This document shows, in pieces, positions 63,503-64,000 of a stretch of DNA of 64,000 bases (positions are counted from its first letter, which is position 1; each line of letters begins with the position of its first letter). A program made the position numbers and the translations under genes. Below the pieces are notes generated by a model. The model was given only the letters and a program-made list of their open reading frames with translations, searched no databases and had not been told where the DNA came from. Location: contig CM000432.1 of the NCBI GenBank assembly GCA_000165345.1, forward strand, positions 640,001 to 704,000, written 5' to 3'.

Positions 63503-63557
63503 GATAGAGTGATATTTAGATGAATATAGATTTTTAATATTTTATTTGTAAATGCGC

Positions 63558-63579
63558 AAAAAAAAAAAAAAAAAAAAAA
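63558..63579. repeat. poly(dA) tract, 22 nt, 56 bp downstream of the PKS stop codon
   Basis: It is an uninterrupted A22 run. A second A16 run lies at 15387..15402. Confidence 0.9.
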
Positions 63580-63659
63580 TACATTCCCGCAACGACTAAC
63601 GAAAAGAGGAACCTGGGAAATTATAAGCTCTACATTTAATAAAAATTACTTTACCAATT

Positions 63660-64000
63660 ATGTCAAATATTTCAAAATTGAAAAAACTAGAAGAACTTAG
63701 AAGTATTATGAGCCAACATGGGGTTGACGCATATATCATTAGTTCAAGCGACCCTCATATGTCGGAATATACTCCAGATAAATACAAACGAAGAGAATTT
63801 ATGACTGGTTTCTCTGGGTCACAGGGAATTTGTCTTGTTACACAGTCGAGCGCACATTTAATTGTTGATGGTAGATATATTGTCGAAGCAAAGAAGACTG
63901 CTACTCCTGAGTATCAGGTTCATTTGTTAAAAAAGGGCTTTTACGCTGATATTGTAGATATTTTAAAAGAAGAAAGTTTTGATGGCACATTAGGAATTGA
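63660..64000 (+). CDS. Xaa-Pro aminopeptidase (aminopeptidase P, M24B family), N-terminal part; CDS continues beyond window
   Basis: It begins with ATG at 63660. 'LEELRSIMSQHGVDAYIISSSDPHMSEYTPDKYKRREFMTGFSGSQGICLVTQSSAHLIVDGRYIVEAKK' matches the creatinase-N-like N-terminal domain of XPNPEP1-type enzymes (cf. [46 protein letters not shown]). Confidence 0.8.
   Translation, partial: MSNISKLKKLEELRSIMSQHGVDAYIISSSDPHMSEYTPDKYKRREFMTGFSGSQGICLVTQSSAHLIVDGRYIVEAKKTATPEYQVHLLKKGFYADIVDILKEESFDGTLGI

Noticed and set aside
24304-61458. Antisense ORFs inside the PKS gene (for example 35527..35895, 37273..37743, 57712..58149, 60724..61458 on the minus strand, 60-244 aa)
   Set aside because: They lie opposite conserved KS/KR/ACP coding sequence. 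They translate to Ser/Pro/Ile-rich nonsense without motifs. They are expected by chance in a 40-kb ORF with biased composition.
62800-62860. Possible integrated phosphopantetheinyl-transferase motif (W/F-x-x-K-E-A-x-x-K) in the PKS C-terminal tail ('SHIIHEAIKENISK')
   Set aside because: The first Lys of the motif is His. No upstream GxD or metal-binding Asp/Glu motifs are evident. The resemblance is too weak to claim.
23198-63502. Interpreting the giant modular PKS as part of a bacterial biosynthetic gene cluster with tailoring, transport or regulatory genes around it
   Set aside because: The context is eukaryotic: an intact alpha-tubulin gene, GTAAGT/TAG spliceosomal introns, about 70% A+T with Asn/Lys-rich low-complexity proteins, and flanking genes (ER DnaJ, CEPT, LITAF, EMG1, aminopeptidase P) that are eukaryotic housekeeping genes. 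No operon structure or Shine-Dalgarno-spaced overlaps are present.
1-64000. CRISPR arrays, insertion sequences, transposases, integrases, rRNA genes
   Set aside because: No regularly spaced direct repeats, terminal inverted repeats bracketing transposase-like ORFs, or rRNA-like GC-rich structured segments were seen. The only long repeats are the diverged PKS module duplications at the protein level.

Overview
This window is eukaryotic, not prokaryotic. It is about 70% A+T and tightly packed with long, mostly intronless genes. It contains an unmistakable alpha-tubulin gene and two genes with short GTAAGT...TAG introns, plus Asn/Lys/Ile-rich low-complexity proteins. Those features plus one gigantic modular polyketide synthase ORF point to an apicomplexan chromosome of the Cryptosporidium type. 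A single 40.2-kb uninterrupted ORF (23261..63502, about 13.4k aa) dominates the window. It encodes a type I modular PKS with a fatty-acyl-AMP-ligase/ACP loading unit, seven KS-containing extension modules and a C-terminal NAD(P)H thioester-reductase domain. Only two of the seven modules carry a recognisable acyltransferase, and several carry degenerate reductive domains. This architecture matches the published description of Cryptosporidium PKS1 as far as I can recall it, so the locus is probably not new, but its product is still unknown. Flanking genes are: the C-terminal part of an amino-acid-transporter-like membrane protein, an ER-type DnaJ, a choline/ethanolamine phosphotransferase, a LITAF-domain protein, several hypothetical low-complexity or membrane proteins, a head-to-head pair of EMG1/Nep1 methyltransferase paralogues, a J-domain protein, alpha-tubulin, an MFS sugar-porter-like transporter, a coiled-coil protein and the N-terminus of an aminopeptidase P. 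Both EMG1 paralogues have a 5' exon and a same-position intron that the ORF track misses. I found no rRNA, tRNA, CRISPR, transposon or prokaryotic operon features. Short GC-rich E2F-like motifs (TTCCCGCC, GTTTACCGCC, CCGCAAATTAG) recur in the AT-rich upstream regions. Two convergent gene pairs have stop codons that abut or overlap. PKS domain coordinates are approximate (about +/-100 nt), placed by locating the nucleotides that encode diagnostic motifs.
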